Part shown: piece after piece, positions 30,001 through 40,087 of the stretch
How the letters are laid out: the number at the start of each line of letters is the position of its first letter
How positions within the stretch are numbered: the stretch's first letter is position 1
Origin: Abditibacteriaceae bacterium
Lineage (GTDB): Bacteria; Armatimonadota; Abditibacteriia; Abditibacteriales; Abditibacteriaceae
Reading direction: 5' to 3'
DNA: 64,000 nucleotides
NCBI GenBank assembly: GCA_965277285.1
Contig: OZ255721.1
Coordinates: 2,592,001-2,656,000 of the forward strand
Notes under the pieces: generated by a model
What the model was told of the DNA's origin: nothing
Database searches by the model: none
Seen by the model: the letters and a program-made list of their open reading frames with translations, nothing else
Made by a program: the position numbers and the translations under genes

Positions 30001-32405
30001 TCGGTTTCCCCGATATTCGCAAGCAAATCATGGGCACGGGTGGCATCTTTCTGGTCGTGTTCGCTCTCATCAGCCAGGTTCATCCGGCGTTTCAACTGGC
30101 GTCGGCGCCGTTCATCATTTTGCTGGCGTTCATCATTCTCGCTTTGACGGTGGTCGTCACGAGTTTTCTTTCGACCAAGTTTGAAGCGGAAATTAAGCGC
30201 ATGAAGCAAGGCGTTCACTTCGCCGATGTGGGACGTTTATCGGCGATTGGCGCAGCTCTGGGTTTGGGCGTGGCGAATATGCGACGCCGCCCGACGCGCA
30301 CCGCTTTAACTTGCGTCACTTTGATTTTGCTGACGTTCACGGTGTTGTCGTTCACTTCGGTAACTGCCGGAATTTCCAACTTCGCGCGTGTTTACAGTAC
30401 TCGAACGCCGTCTTACACTGGCATGATGGTGCGCCAACCCGACTGGAGCGCGATGGACGAAGCCGCCGTTACTTCGATGCGCAGCGAGTTCACGCAACGT
30501 TTCGGGCCGGTCGCGTTGCGCGCCTGGTATTTATCGCGCGATCCCAGCGAATTGCTGCAATTGCGCGTCAACAACAGCGCCAACAGCGGCCAATACTTTT
30601 ACGCTCCAGCTTTGGTCGGCTTGACGCCCGAAGAAAAAACTATCGGTTCGCCGTTGCCCGGCACCTTGACCACGGGACGATGGTTCCAGACAGGTGACCA
30701 CAACGTTTGCATCATGCCGCTTTCGATGTTGCAAATCTCCAGAACAGCGAGCGATGATACGACTACCAACGGTGCGGCGGCCACATCGCCGCTGGGTTTA
30801 ACGCCGCAAAACGCGCTGGGACAAAGCATTCAAGTGGCGGGACAAACGCTGCAAATCATCGGCGTTTTCGATGATTCAAAGTGGAGCGGCTCGGCGGGAT
30901 TGCGCGACTTGGATGACGAACCATTTACTCCAGTCGACTATCAAAATCAGCAGAATAAGCAGGCCGCGAGCAGCACGCAATCGAGCGCGAGCAGCGGTCA
31001 GGCGCCGCAAGTCCAAAGCTATCAGCACATGGACGCCACCGCGCTTTTGCTGATTCCTTACGACACGGCGATAAGTTTGGGCGCGACAACGCGCTCCGTT
31101 GCGGCAGGTTTGGGCGGAAAAACATCGCTGTCTGCGAGTTCGAGTACTGGAAATGCAGGCGGTAAAAATGCAACGAGCGGCGAGGACGAGTTGCAGGCAT
31201 TGATGCAGCGCGCGGCGCTGGGCATTTTTGGCGCGACGCCCGACAAAAACGGCAGGCTGCAATCGAAGCTGTATTCCTCTGTGGAAAGCACCAGTTACGA
31301 AGGTTTCGCATCGCTTGTCATCCCGATTGCGATTGCAGCCATGATTATCGCTAACACGATGCTGGGTTCGGTTTTCGAGCGCACGCGCGAAATCGGTATT
31401 TATTCTTCCATCGGTCTGGCGCCGATCCACGTCGCGGCGTTGTTCATTTCGGAAGCCGGGGTTTATGCTGTTCTGGGTTCCATCAGTGGCTATTTGGTGG
31501 CGCAAACCTTTGCCAAGATTGCGACCGCGACCCACGCTTTCCAATATCTGACCTTTAACTATTCGTCGTCTTCAGCGGTTATTGCGACTTTGATTGTGAT
31601 GGCAACGGTGTTGCTTTCGACGCTTTATCCAGCGTTTCAGGCTTCGCGCTTGGCGCAGCCCGATGATCGTCGCTGGGAATTGGCTGCGCCGAACGGCGAC
31701 TTGTGGCGCATTCAATTTCCCTTCACAGTTTCGGGTTCGCAGCCTTTGGGCGTGGCGCAATTTTTAGCCGACTTCTTTGAAACGCATACCGACACATCGG
31801 TCGGCGGGTTTTATACGGATCGCGTTTCGTTTTCCGCCATGCGCTTGGCCGAAGCGCGCGCTTTGCTGGACGCGCCTTTGCCCGGCACTGTCGCGGCTTT
31901 GGACAGCACGGCGAACGGTGCAAATGGCGCAGCTTCAAAGGGCGCTATCGAGTACTCAAATGGCGCTGCGAATGGTGCTGCGACAACGCCGATGGTGAAC
32001 GCTCAAGTCGCTGGCGATGGCTCGTTGCAGGTTCAGGTGCCCGAAAATGTTGCTCTGGGACACGACGACATGGAAGTGTATCGTTTGGCGTTGCGCATCT
32101 GGCTGGCGCCGTTCGATATGGGCGTGTCGCAGGACGCCGATATTTTGCTGATGCCATCGCAGGAAGAGGGCTTGTATGAAATGCAATTGCGCCTGGTGCG
32201 GCGCAGTGGCGAAACTTCGGCCTGGCAACGCGTCAATCGCGGCTTCATCGGCGATCTGCGCCGCCAATTGCTGTTGTGGCGCACCATCAAACCCGAAGTG
32301 CAACGCGCTTATATTCAGCGCGGTCGCGTCCATGTTCGCGGCGAACTTTTGCCCGGCGAATTGCCAGCGGAAGCACCCACCAGTTCGGTTTCAACAATCG
32401 CTTAG
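27048..32405 (+). CDS. ~1785-aa membrane protein: PA and M28/nicastrin-like ectodomain, TM bundle, MacB/FtsX-like permease
   Basis: SRAPGT...AAAYV, VKGAIV (PA domain), NILGRLQG...YYDS...APGAE; NMRRRPTRTALT and ERTREIGIYSSIG FtsX signatures. Confidence 0.8.
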   Translation: MKLPARLPAVPRWITSLSRSSASPLSVSRSPVSHLPRPLPKPRRAAFWSASALLAVSILLPLSRAFSQPSDSIAAAPSAQAAPVDAAVVTRLNADIAALTQFPSRAPGTAGNTQAAAYVEKRMREIGLAVSSDSYNVTAPVTTNGHSTLTLNGQSLTVFPIYPNGVVPSSVPTGGLSAPLIYARGGQPSDFNGLTVKGAIVALDFNSGMNWITAADLGARAVVFLEPQATEANSAPTSRGEAERKFAAVSAEMPRFYAPKVAADAIRGALGNSAALSSTGNGATQSSAANALSNASQNKIEATLQSQVSWQSVPVRNILGRLQGSDPTLSKQVIVIDSYYDSMAITPDLAPGAEAAGNCAAFLEMARSFKANPPKYSLLFVANGAHHLALAGARNFLNQHFVDSTGKGAKALTDEIASYRAFVGLDFTSRTDTVGLFAKAAFYNQLASVGNNQESILLNQFNGFAKTLYEDYAQPEAKRRGVPIEAFYVDGIRGLNGRNWRSFLPSLVALDSEAATLTGKPSVSFATANDIRTLQDTPFDLPSSMNVPNVARQIATVQFLLGKALNSGENVKDNNFQALTDRATKLSAIFGYGIGRAISRDVTKGKISFLPDTPVPNAVGYILNRAQDYKTYSGVRGAFIEKAQYTKETASAPSVAQFSFIAPRIVDPNGGAYPDAQIEAYGLSDDGKIVYAPDQGSEKARFSATFNKTSVAPAYKDEATGELNPDATTLCFHCRGVALYDTLDQRYFQVLTTLSVLDGQTDAEPTQYGFLQPTAVTGQGTLEPIAVVYGPPSVVDPKTGVRNTTHLKVIMAQGLLGKRLVLLNTLPSSGVWSGKVRPNGVGVDVPQIDDPVSAVVPTLSFAVARDLWQLDQQRIHLLKQFGISNQRVDALHGAVGCGVDSKIAGQFACPTDALAEPNGGAIQLAATALQNKQFDQFYAQSRRAFGLESRAYPDVEATAQDVLKGILFYLALLLPFSFFLERILFGFPDIRKQIMGTGGIFLVVFALISQVHPAFQLASAPFIILLAFIILALTVVVTSFLSTKFEAEIKRMKQGVHFADVGRLSAIGAALGLGVANMRRRPTRTALTCVTLILLTFTVLSFTSVTAGISNFARVYSTRTPSYTGMMVRQPDWSAMDEAAVTSMRSEFTQRFGPVALRAWYLSRDPSELLQLRVNNSANSGQYFYAPALVGLTPEEKTIGSPLPGTLTTGRWFQTGDHNVCIMPLSMLQISRTASDDTTTNGAAATSPLGLTPQNALGQSIQVAGQTLQIIGVFDDSKWSGSAGLRDLDDEPFTPVDYQNQQNKQAASSTQSSASSGQAPQVQSYQHMDATALLLIPYDTAISLGATTRSVAAGLGGKTSLSASSSTGNAGGKNATSGEDELQALMQRAALGIFGATPDKNGRLQSKLYSSVESTSYEGFASLVIPIAIAAMIIANTMLGSVFERTREIGIYSSIGLAPIHVAALFISEAGVYAVLGSISGYLVAQTFAKIATATHAFQYLTFNYSSSSAVIATLIVMATVLLSTLYPAFQASRLAQPDDRRWELAAPNGDLWRIQFPFTVSGSQPLGVAQFLADFFETHTDTSVGGFYTDRVSFSAMRLAEARALLDAPLPGTVAALDSTANGANGAASKGAIEYSNGAANGAATTPMVNAQVAGDGSLQVQVPENVALGHDDMEVYRLALRIWLAPFDMGVSQDADILLMPSQEEGLYEMQLRLVRRSGETSAWQRVNRGFIGDLRRQLLLWRTIKPEVQRAYIQRGRVHVRGELLPGELPAEAPTSSVSTIA

Positions 32406-32471
32406 TTTTTCGGATTCGAGTACTCGAAGTGACGCTCGTAGTATCGTGTGTCGCTAAAAGAGAGGAAATCT

Positions 32472-34565
32472 ATGGAAATGGCATCCAAGCCATCATTGTC
32501 GTCAAGTGCTTCGCTTTTGCCCGGAGAAGCGCCATCGCTCGAACCTTTGAACGAAACGCCCGCCCAAGATGTCGCGGCGGAATTGGACGAGCCATTTATT
32601 GATGGCTTCGGCTGGGGCACGGTCGCGGGCGCGCTTTTCATCGGCCTCATTATGATGCCGGGCGCGATTTATCTCAGCCTGATTTCAGGTTTGGGATTGG
32701 GCGCCGCCGCGGAATGGGTCACGGTCATTTTGTTTTTGGAAGTCGCGCGCCGCTCCTACCAGACCTTGAAAAAGCAGGAGCTTTATCTGCTTTATTACAT
32801 GGGCGCCAACCTGACGGCGCAGGTCGCGGGTGTCGCGCTGGCGGGCGGCGTTTTCGCCAACATGATCTGGAACCAGTACACGGTTCACTCGCAGGTCGCG
32901 CAACAGTTGGGAATCACGCAAGGCTTGGAGCGCGAAGGCGCCAATTGGGTCGCGCCTTTTGCCAATTCACCGGCACTGGCGCAGCGCACGTTCTTTCATC
33001 CCGATTGGCTACCTGCCATCGCCATGATGGGCGTCACGCTCGTTTTGAGCCGTCTGGTCTGGTGGGGTTTGGGTTATGTGATGTTCCGCCTCACATCCGA
33101 TGTGGAAAAACTGCCGTTTCCGATGGCGAGCATCGCGTCAGAAGGCGCGACGGCTTTGGCCGAATCGTCTTCGCAGAAAGAAGGTTGGCGCTGGCGCATC
33201 TTTTCCATTGGCGCCATGATGGGCGTCGGTTGGGGCGCGATTTATATTTTGCTGCCCGCCGTCACCGGCATCATGTTTAACGGCAATCCGATTGTCATCC
33301 TCAGCGTGCCGTTCATCGACCTGACATCGAGTACTCAAGGCATCTTGCCTGCCGCGCGGGTGGCGATTGGTACCGACATCGGCGCGATTTTGATCGGTTT
33401 CGTTTTGCCTCTGCCGGTTGTCGTCGGAATGTTTATCGCCTGCATTGGCTGTCAGATTTTTGGTAATCCGATTTTATACAACGGCGGCATTCTGCAACGT
33501 TTGGGTTATCACGGAGGCTTGCTGCACACTTGGACGCCAGGCACCGACTACATTCAAACCGGTGTCGTCAACAACCTCGATTTCTGGCTGTCCTTCGGTA
33601 TCGGCACCTCGGCAGCTATCGGTATTATCGGCATTTCCAGCGCCGTAATCGCTCTCACCAAAAACAGTCGACGAGGCGGAAAAAAAGAGCGAACCAGTTT
33701 TGCTCCTCCGCCCGGGCGCGGCGACATCTCAATCTGGATCGCATTGGGCGCTTGGTTCCTCGGCACGGTTGGGTTTATTGGAGTTTGTCATCGTGTCGTT
33801 CCCAGTTTTCCGATTCCCATTCTCGCGTTTTTCGGTTTTGTGTGGACGCCGCTGATTTCCTATATCAGCGCGCGCATGGCCGGCATTGCGGGACAGAACG
33901 CCGACATTCCGTTTGTGCGCGAAGCGTCCTTTATGATGGCTGGTGGCGGCAGCACGGCGATCTGGTTCGCGCCCATTCCCTTGAATAATGTCGGCGGCAT
34001 GGCGCAGCAGTTCCGCACTGTGGAATTGGCGCGCGTCAAATTTTCTTCGCTCATCAAAGTCGAATTACTGATGATTCCCGTCATGCTCGTTTGCTCGTTT
34101 ATATTCTGGAACTTCATCTGGCGACTGGCGCCGATTCCATCTTCGGTTTACCCTTTTGCTTCCAAGTTTTGGCCCGCAGGCGCACAAACGCAATTGATCT
34201 TCATGACGGCAAACCGCGCTGGCGCCGGCAACATCTTCCTGCAAAAAGTGATTCATCCTCATGTCATAGCAACAGGCGGCATTCTCACATTCCTCTTGTT
34301 CGGCATCACGATTCTGGCGGGATTGCCGCAGTTCTTTTTCTACGGCTTCATCAGCGGCACGCAAGCTGATCCTTCCGGTATCATTTTGATGTTCATCGGC
34401 GCCATGCTGGGACGTTACTACTTTGAAAAGCGCTATGGCACCGAAAACTGGCGTTCTTACACGCCGGTTCTGGCCGCTGGATATTACTGCGGCATGGGAC
34501 TCATCGGCATGGCCGCGGTCAGCCTCGCGCTGCTTTCAAAAAGCGTTTCTCCCCTACCGTTCTAA
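32472..34565 (+). CDS. OPT-like multi-pass peptide transporter family protein
   Basis: Many TM segments; AAEWVTVILFLEVARRS...KQE and DVEKLPFPMA motifs; follows the giant permease on the same strand. Confidence 0.7.
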   Translation: MEMASKPSLSSSASLLPGEAPSLEPLNETPAQDVAAELDEPFIDGFGWGTVAGALFIGLIMMPGAIYLSLISGLGLGAAAEWVTVILFLEVARRSYQTLKKQELYLLYYMGANLTAQVAGVALAGGVFANMIWNQYTVHSQVAQQLGITQGLEREGANWVAPFANSPALAQRTFFHPDWLPAIAMMGVTLVLSRLVWWGLGYVMFRLTSDVEKLPFPMASIASEGATALAESSSQKEGWRWRIFSIGAMMGVGWGAIYILLPAVTGIMFNGNPIVILSVPFIDLTSSTQGILPAARVAIGTDIGAILIGFVLPLPVVVGMFIACIGCQIFGNPILYNGGILQRLGYHGGLLHTWTPGTDYIQTGVVNNLDFWLSFGIGTSAAIGIIGISSAVIALTKNSRRGGKKERTSFAPPPGRGDISIWIALGAWFLGTVGFIGVCHRVVPSFPIPILAFFGFVWTPLISYISARMAGIAGQNADIPFVREASFMMAGGGSTAIWFAPIPLNNVGGMAQQFRTVELARVKFSSLIKVELLMIPVMLVCSFIFWNFIWRLAPIPSSVYPFASKFWPAGAQTQLIFMTANRAGAGNIFLQKVIHPHVIATGGILTFLLFGITILAGLPQFFFYGFISGTQADPSGIILMFIGAMLGRYYFEKRYGTENWRSYTPVLAAGYYCGMGLIGMAAVSLALLSKSVSPLPF

Positions 34566-34578
34566 TCCGCTGTAACCC

Positions 34579-34619
34579 AAGAAAAAGCCGCGAACACATA
34601 AAGTTCGCGGCTTTTTCTT
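34579..34619 (+). terminator. Rho-independent terminator
   Basis: aagaaaaagccgcgaac...gttcgcggctttttctt. Confidence 0.85.
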
Positions 34620-34896
34620 TGCCGATTTCCTCAATCGAGTACTCGAATCGCTCTTCCAAGAAGAAAGTTTGACTACAAGTCGTCTCATCAATAACCCAAG
34701 TTGCTCCTTATCGTTCTATCATTGTCTACGAGTGAGCTATCACTTTAGCCCCGCGCTGACACTTGGAGTTCGTTAACAACTACTGCCATCTTTTCCCAAC
34801 GAAGACGATGGACGATTACAATTGGTTAAACTGTGCGCGTTCGATTTCGACATCGAATTTTCTATCTCACATCATTTCACAGCAAAAGGTTTCCTT

Positions 34897-35262
34897 GTGT
34901 CACGTACATCCATTAGTTTTGGCGTCATCCTGATTTTGCTCGGCGCCGTCTTTTATTTCAAAACTGGAATGCACCCGACGGCCCTGATTCCCAGCGTCAT
35001 CGGCTTCATTCTGGCGATTTGCGGCGTGGTTGGCGCTCAGGAACTACGCCGCAAACACGCGATGCACGCTGCCGCTGGCGTCGCTTTGCTCGGATTTCTG
35101 GGCTGCATCGACGGCGTAATTAAAACGGTGCGTCTTGTTTTCGGCACTGCTGTTACGCGTCCCGAAGCACAGTATGAAAAAGCTTTGACCGCGCTAATTT
35201 GCGCCGCTTTTCTTTTCTTATGCGTTCAATCGTTTCGCGCCGCGCGTAGCGTATCTCGTTGA
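34897..35262 (+). CDS. Small four-TM membrane protein
   Basis: TALIP, RKHAMH and CVQSFRAAR motifs; GTG start inferred. Confidence 0.7.
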   Translation: MSRTSISFGVILILLGAVFYFKTGMHPTALIPSVIGFILAICGVVGAQELRRKHAMHAAAGVALLGFLGCIDGVIKTVRLVFGTAVTRPEAQYEKALTALICAAFLFLCVQSFRAARSVSR

Positions 35263-35390
35263 AATGATGTCAATCAAGACAGTGGCCGCATTCATCGAAC
35301 TCCGACGAATGCGGCCATTTGATTTTAAAACGATGGAATTAAAGTCATCGACTATCATTTTGACGGGCGTCGTTTTCGCCAGGAACTTTT

Positions 35391-36401
35391 ATGCAACTAC
35401 AGTATTTCTTGGGTTTCGATGGCGGCGGTACACGCACGCGCGCTGTTGTCGTTCAATTTGAAAGCAGCACCAAAATCAACGAAGACAACAACATTCGCGT
35501 ACTCGGGCGCGGCGAAGCTGGCTCAAGCAATCATTACAGCGCTGGTTTGAACGCAGCCATTGAAAACATTCGCTTGGCCGCACGAGATGCCGTTCAACAA
35601 AGCAGCCTTCAATTTCATCAAATTGTGGGCTGGGGTTTGGGCCTTGCGGGAGCCTGCACCTCGCTCGAACAAAAAATGCTGCGAGAACATATCGCGCCTC
35701 TGGCTCAAGGCATTCCGATTTTCGTAGATGAAGATGTCGCCGCCGCACACGCTGGAGCGTTCGCCACGTTTTCCAACTCTGCGATAGACAACAACTTGCA
35801 AGGCTCCATTCAAAACAACGTCGTTCAAATTCGTTCCGGCGTTATTTGTATTGCGGGAACGGGCGCCAATAGTTTCGGCATTGGCGACGAGGGACAACGC
35901 GCGCGCGCTGATGGACTGGGGCCGCTTTTGGGAGATCGCGGCAGCGGTTATCGCATTGGCGAAGCGGCTTTAAGAGCCTTGTGCAGTGCCGATGATGGAA
36001 GTGGCCCGCCAACTTCTCTCCAATATCGAGTACTCGATTCCTTGCAAGTGGCTTCCATTGACGATTTGGTGCCGCTCGTCTACAATCCTAACTTCACCAA
36101 AGACCAAATCGCGGCTTTGTTTCCCGTTGTTTTGTCCTGTGCCCAAGACGGCGACGCCGTTGCGTCATCGCTGCTTCATCAAGCCGGATGCGAACTGGCT
36201 GCCACCTGTCACAGCGTTTTGCAACAGTGCAAAACATCTCGTGTCGCTTTAAGCGGCGGTCTTATCTCGCACTACACACCTGTGCGCGCCTCTTTAGAAT
36301 TGAAGTTGCGACGACATCATGCGTCACTCGAAATCATTGATCCCGTCTACGAAGCCGACATCGGCGCCGCACTTCTCGCCTATCATTATGTGAATATTTG
36401 A
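35391..36401 (+). CDS. BadF/BadG/BcrA/BcrD family ATPase (N-acetylglucosamine kinase-like)
   Basis: LGFDGGGTRT, GLAG, IAGTGAN and LGDRGSGYRIG motifs. Confidence 0.85.
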   Translation: MQLQYFLGFDGGGTRTRAVVVQFESSTKINEDNNIRVLGRGEAGSSNHYSAGLNAAIENIRLAARDAVQQSSLQFHQIVGWGLGLAGACTSLEQKMLREHIAPLAQGIPIFVDEDVAAAHAGAFATFSNSAIDNNLQGSIQNNVVQIRSGVICIAGTGANSFGIGDEGQRARADGLGPLLGDRGSGYRIGEAALRALCSADDGSGPPTSLQYRVLDSLQVASIDDLVPLVYNPNFTKDQIAALFPVVLSCAQDGDAVASSLLHQAGCELAATCHSVLQQCKTSRVALSGGLISHYTPVRASLELKLRRHHASLEIIDPVYEADIGAALLAYHYVNI

Positions 36402-36449
36402 GAGCATGAGCATTTATGCAAATATCAACGTATTGAGCTAAGATTTGTT

Positions 36450-37370
36450 TTACGGATGAGCGGCTCCGATAAGTTCGTTAATATGAGCAACGCCGTTGTT
36501 CTTCATATATTCACGAAGGCCAGCGAGGATGTCGAGAGTCGCGCGCGGCTGGACAAAGTTGGCCGTTCCGACTTGAACGGCGCTGGCGCCGGCTAATAGA
36601 AACTCTACGGCATCGTTGGCTGTTGTGATACCTCCAATGCCGATCAGAGGAATTTTGACGGCCTGCGCGCATCGATAAACGGCATGCAAGGCCAAGGGTT
36701 TAATCGCGGGGCCGCTCAATCCGCCGCTGATGTTGGAAAGTCGTGGACGACGCATGCGTGTATCAATCGACATCCCGACAAACGTATTCACCAGCGATAA
36801 AGCGTGTGAACCTCCACGTTCAGCAGCGCGCGCGATCAGTGTAACGTCAGTGACATTGGGCGAAAGCTTGGTAAATACAGGCAAATGCGTTGCTTGTCGT
36901 ACATGAGAGACGACCTCTTCGGTCAGTGCCGGATCGGTGGCGAAATCCAACCCGTGCGCCACATTGGGACAAGAAATATTTAGTTCGATAGCCCCAACGC
37001 CTGCTACGTCGCTGAGTGCTCGCGTCAGAAAAGCAAAGTCCTCGACCGATTCACCCGCGATATTTACGATCAGCGGCACATCAATGTCACGAAAGAAGGG
37101 CAATTTTTCACTGATAAATTTTTCAATGCCTACATTTTGCAGGCCAATGGCGTTCAACATCCCCGAAGCGGTTTCGCAGGTGCGTGGCGGTGGGTTACCA
37201 GCACGCGGGTGGCGCGTCACAGTTTTACAAACAAGGCCACCTAAGTGAGACAGCTCCACAAAAGATGCCATTTCCTGACCGTAGCCAAACGTACCCGACG
37301 CAGTAAGAACCGGATTTTTTAAGGCCAACGGCCCCAACTGCACATTCAACAAGAGATTATCTTCTACCAT
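36450..37370 (-). CDS. pyrD: Dihydroorotate dehydrogenase 1B catalytic subunit
   Basis: NPVLTASGTFG, MLNAIGLQN, ELNISCPN, KLSPN and GGLSGPAIKP motifs. Confidence 0.95.
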   Translation of the reverse strand: MVEDNLLLNVQLGPLALKNPVLTASGTFGYGQEMASFVELSHLGGLVCKTVTRHPRAGNPPPRTCETASGMLNAIGLQNVGIEKFISEKLPFFRDIDVPLIVNIAGESVEDFAFLTRALSDVAGVGAIELNISCPNVAHGLDFATDPALTEEVVSHVRQATHLPVFTKLSPNVTDVTLIARAAERGGSHALSLVNTFVGMSIDTRMRRPRLSNISGGLSGPAIKPLALHAVYRCAQAVKIPLIGIGGITTANDAVEFLLAGASAVQVGTANFVQPRATLDILAGLREYMKNNGVAHINELIGAAHP

Positions 37371-38215
37371 TTGATTTCATGCGCCCACATCACGGGGCCG
37401 TCAACGCAGATGCGCCGATAGATCGAGTACTCATCATCAGTTTGCAGCACGGGAACCACGCACCCATTACAAATTCCTATACCGCAAGGCATATTCTCTT
37501 CCAGAGATACCTGACAGCGCACTTGAAAACGTGAACACAAGCCCGCCACCGCTCGCAACATAGCCAACGGCCCACAGGCGTAAACCGTTAATTCGTCGGA
37601 CGCATTGGCGTTCACCACCATCAAGTTTTGCGCTGCACGCTCAGTCAAATATCGCAAAAGCAGTTGAGTGACTTGTCCAGGTTCGCCAAAGCTACCATCA
37701 TCAGTCGCTACTTCGACATCGACTTGAAATTCTCGAAAGTCTTTCAGGCACAGCACATCATCACTTGTACGCGCGCCAATCAGCATCTTGATTGACTTCT
37801 CTTCTCTCATATTACGAACCTGTTGCACCAACATTACCATTGGCGGAACGCCAACACCACCACCAACCATAATCATTTTCGCCGTGGGAGGTGCGAACGA
37901 TTGTCCCAGAGGACCTAAAAAGTCGATTTCTTCTCCCGCCTGTTTATGCGATAGTAACCAGGTTCCCCGCCCCTCAATTCGATAAAGAATAACGATACAT
38001 TCATCTTCAACTCGCATGATCGAGAAGGCACGACGCAATAAAGGATCCGATGAGGAATTATCGCGTGGCAAAACATGGATGAACTGACCAGCCTGCGCTT
38101 TCTTCGCCACGTCAGGAGCCAGAATTTTCATGCGCCTGTAAACTGTCGTCTCCACATCATGAGACACGATCCGCCCACATTGAATTTTCCCCGTTCCCAA
38201 TCCTACTTCGCTCAT
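37364..38215 (-). CDS. pyrK: Dihydroorotate dehydrogenase electron transfer subunit
   Basis: GQF, GPLG, GGGVGVPP, YACGP and MPCGIGICNGC...ICVDGPV motifs. Confidence 0.92.
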   Translation of the reverse strand: MSEVGLGTGKIQCGRIVSHDVETTVYRRMKILAPDVAKKAQAGQFIHVLPRDNSSSDPLLRRAFSIMRVEDECIVILYRIEGRGTWLLSHKQAGEEIDFLGPLGQSFAPPTAKMIMVGGGVGVPPMVMLVQQVRNMREEKSIKMLIGARTSDDVLCLKDFREFQVDVEVATDDGSFGEPGQVTQLLLRYLTERAAQNLMVVNANASDELTVYACGPLAMLRAVAGLCSRFQVRCQVSLEENMPCGIGICNGCVVPVLQTDDEYSIYRRICVDGPVMWAHEIKW

Positions 38216-38272
38216 AATTTTCTCACATAACTCGTATATTAATCCTTGTTGCAAAATCACGAGCTGCTATCT

Positions 38273-38791
38273 TCACGCATCATTTACTGCTGTCGGCTGA
38301 ACAGCATTTTGGTCTCGCCGTGCGTCGCTATCTCGTCTGGTGCGACGCGAAATACGATCCAGCAACTGCGCGAAACGTTTTACGTCATCAAATCTCTGAT
38401 ACACCGAAGCAAAGCGCACATAAGCGACCTCATCCAATAAAAGAAGCCTGTCCATGACCATTTCGCCCACGCGTTCCGCACTAACTTCGGAGATCGCTTC
38501 GCTCCGCAGGTCGCTTTCGACGGATTCTACCAAGCGCGACACGCTTTCCGTGGACACAGGGCGTTTATTGCACGCTTTGGACACGCCATTGCGCAGCTTC
38601 TCAAGCGAAAACTCTTCACGGCGTCCATCTTTCTTTACGACAACAACCGTACTGTGAAGCGCGCGCTCGTGCGTTGTAAATCGGGCATGACAAAAGTCGC
38701 ATTGCCTTCGTCGTCGCAGTAAGTTCCCGTCTTCGGCGGGCCTCGAATCAACTACGCGTGTTTCCATCCGACCGCAATGAGGACATTTCAT
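38273..38791 (-). CDS. nrdR: Transcriptional repressor NrdR
   Basis: MKCPHC...VVDSR...RRRRQC..C..RFTT, ATP cone, and VAYVRFASVY. Confidence 0.95.
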   Translation of the reverse strand: MKCPHCGRMETRVVDSRPAEDGNLLRRRRQCDFCHARFTTHERALHSTVVVVKKDGRREEFSLEKLRNGVSKACNKRPVSTESVSRLVESVESDLRSEAISEVSAERVGEMVMDRLLLLDEVAYVRFASVYQRFDDVKRFAQLLDRISRRTRRDSDARRDQNAVQPTAVNDA

Positions 38792-38872
38792 AATAATCGG
38801 TTACAAAAAACGCAGAACATATTAGGGACGCAGGAATTCTCATTAACAAAAAACTTGATTGCGACAGCCGGA

Positions 38873-38888
38873 TGTTTCACGTGAAACA
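38873..38888. promoter_or_regulatory. parS site
   Basis: Exact consensus TGTTTCACGTGAAACA directly after the parB stop. Confidence 0.92.
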
Positions 38889-38893
38889 TTCCT

Positions 38894-40087
38894 TTACCCT
38901 GCCATTAAAAGATCAAACAGTCTTTGCAAGTCTGTTTCCGATGAGTACTCGATAACAATTCTGCCACCGCGTGCACCTGACTTCAATTTTGCGCGTGCAC
39001 CCAGCTTCTTTTGCAAGCGTGCTTCAAGTTGTTCGATATGGCGCTTCTTCTCCGACGAAGGTTCCGTTTCTGTCGAAGGTGATGAATTCCTGCTGTTATT
39101 CAATAATTCTTCATTGCGCTCACCAGAATCCGTAGTTTCGCGCGCCGATCGTTCCACTTCTCGAACCGACAAATGATCGCGCATAGTGCGACGGAATAAA
39201 GCGCGGCGTGAACCCTCGCCTTGCGCCAACAAAATGGCGCGACCATGACCTTCGGAGAGATGCCCGTCTTCGATCGCCTTGCGAATTTCTGGCTGCAGGT
39301 CGAGTAAGCGCATTGTATTGGCAACCGCCGAACGGCTTTTACCGACACGATTCGCAATATGTTCTTGCGATAAATGGAACTCATCTGCCAAGCGACGATA
39401 GGCCAGGGCAGCATCAATAGCGCTGATGTCGTGCCGTTGAACGTTCTCGATCAATGCCAATTCCAAAGATTGCAAATCATCGACTGGACGAATGATGGCC
39501 GGAATAGACTGCATTCCTGCACGTTGCGCAGCCCGCCAACGCCGCTCGCCCGCCACCAGCTGGTAAGGTACTGGCCCATTTTGCAAAGGTCTGACAACAA
39601 TCGGTTGAATTACGCCATGTTCTCGAAGCGACGCAGCCAGATTATCAAGTTCCGCTTCGTCAAACGTTCGTCGTGGCTGATAAGGATTGGCTTCAATGTC
39701 AGCTAATTCCACCATGTTCGACTGAATAGCCTTATGGGAATTATTTGCAACAAAGACGCTATCCGATTCGGCTCCACCATCGAAACCTGATAGCGCGTTC
39801 GCACCATTCTCAATGACATTAATAGGATCTTCTAAATTTTCTAAAGAGGCAGGTGATGTTTTTGCGCGAATTATTTCGCTTGGTGGCAGCAGAGCACTGT
39901 CACTTGCCTGCGCATTCTTCTTAATACTCTGCCCACGCACTTTTTTCGTTAATTTCACAGCCGCGTCTGACGAGGTTGCGACGGCAACGGGAGCTTGGTC
40001 ACGCGCCACGCGCCGGAACAATTCCATTTCCTCGTCGGGTATTAAGGCCGACAACCCACGTCCTAAACCGCGCTTCATTAGTGCCAT
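38894..40087 (-). CDS. parB: Chromosome partition protein ParB/Spo0J with ~100-aa N-terminal insertion
   Basis: GLGRGLSALI, NPYQPRRTF, AGERRWRA, ENVQR and HTH GKSRSAVAN motifs. Confidence 0.95.
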   Translation of the reverse strand: MALMKRGLGRGLSALIPDEEMELFRRVARDQAPVAVATSSDAAVKLTKKVRGQSIKKNAQASDSALLPPSEIIRAKTSPASLENLEDPINVIENGANALSGFDGGAESDSVFVANNSHKAIQSNMVELADIEANPYQPRRTFDEAELDNLAASLREHGVIQPIVVRPLQNGPVPYQLVAGERRWRAAQRAGMQSIPAIIRPVDDLQSLELALIENVQRHDISAIDAALAYRRLADEFHLSQEHIANRVGKSRSAVANTMRLLDLQPEIRKAIEDGHLSEGHGRAILLAQGEGSRRALFRRTMRDHLSVREVERSARETTDSGERNEELLNNSRNSSPSTETEPSSEKKRHIEQLEARLQKKLGARAKLKSGARGGRIVIEYSSETDLQRLFDLLMAG

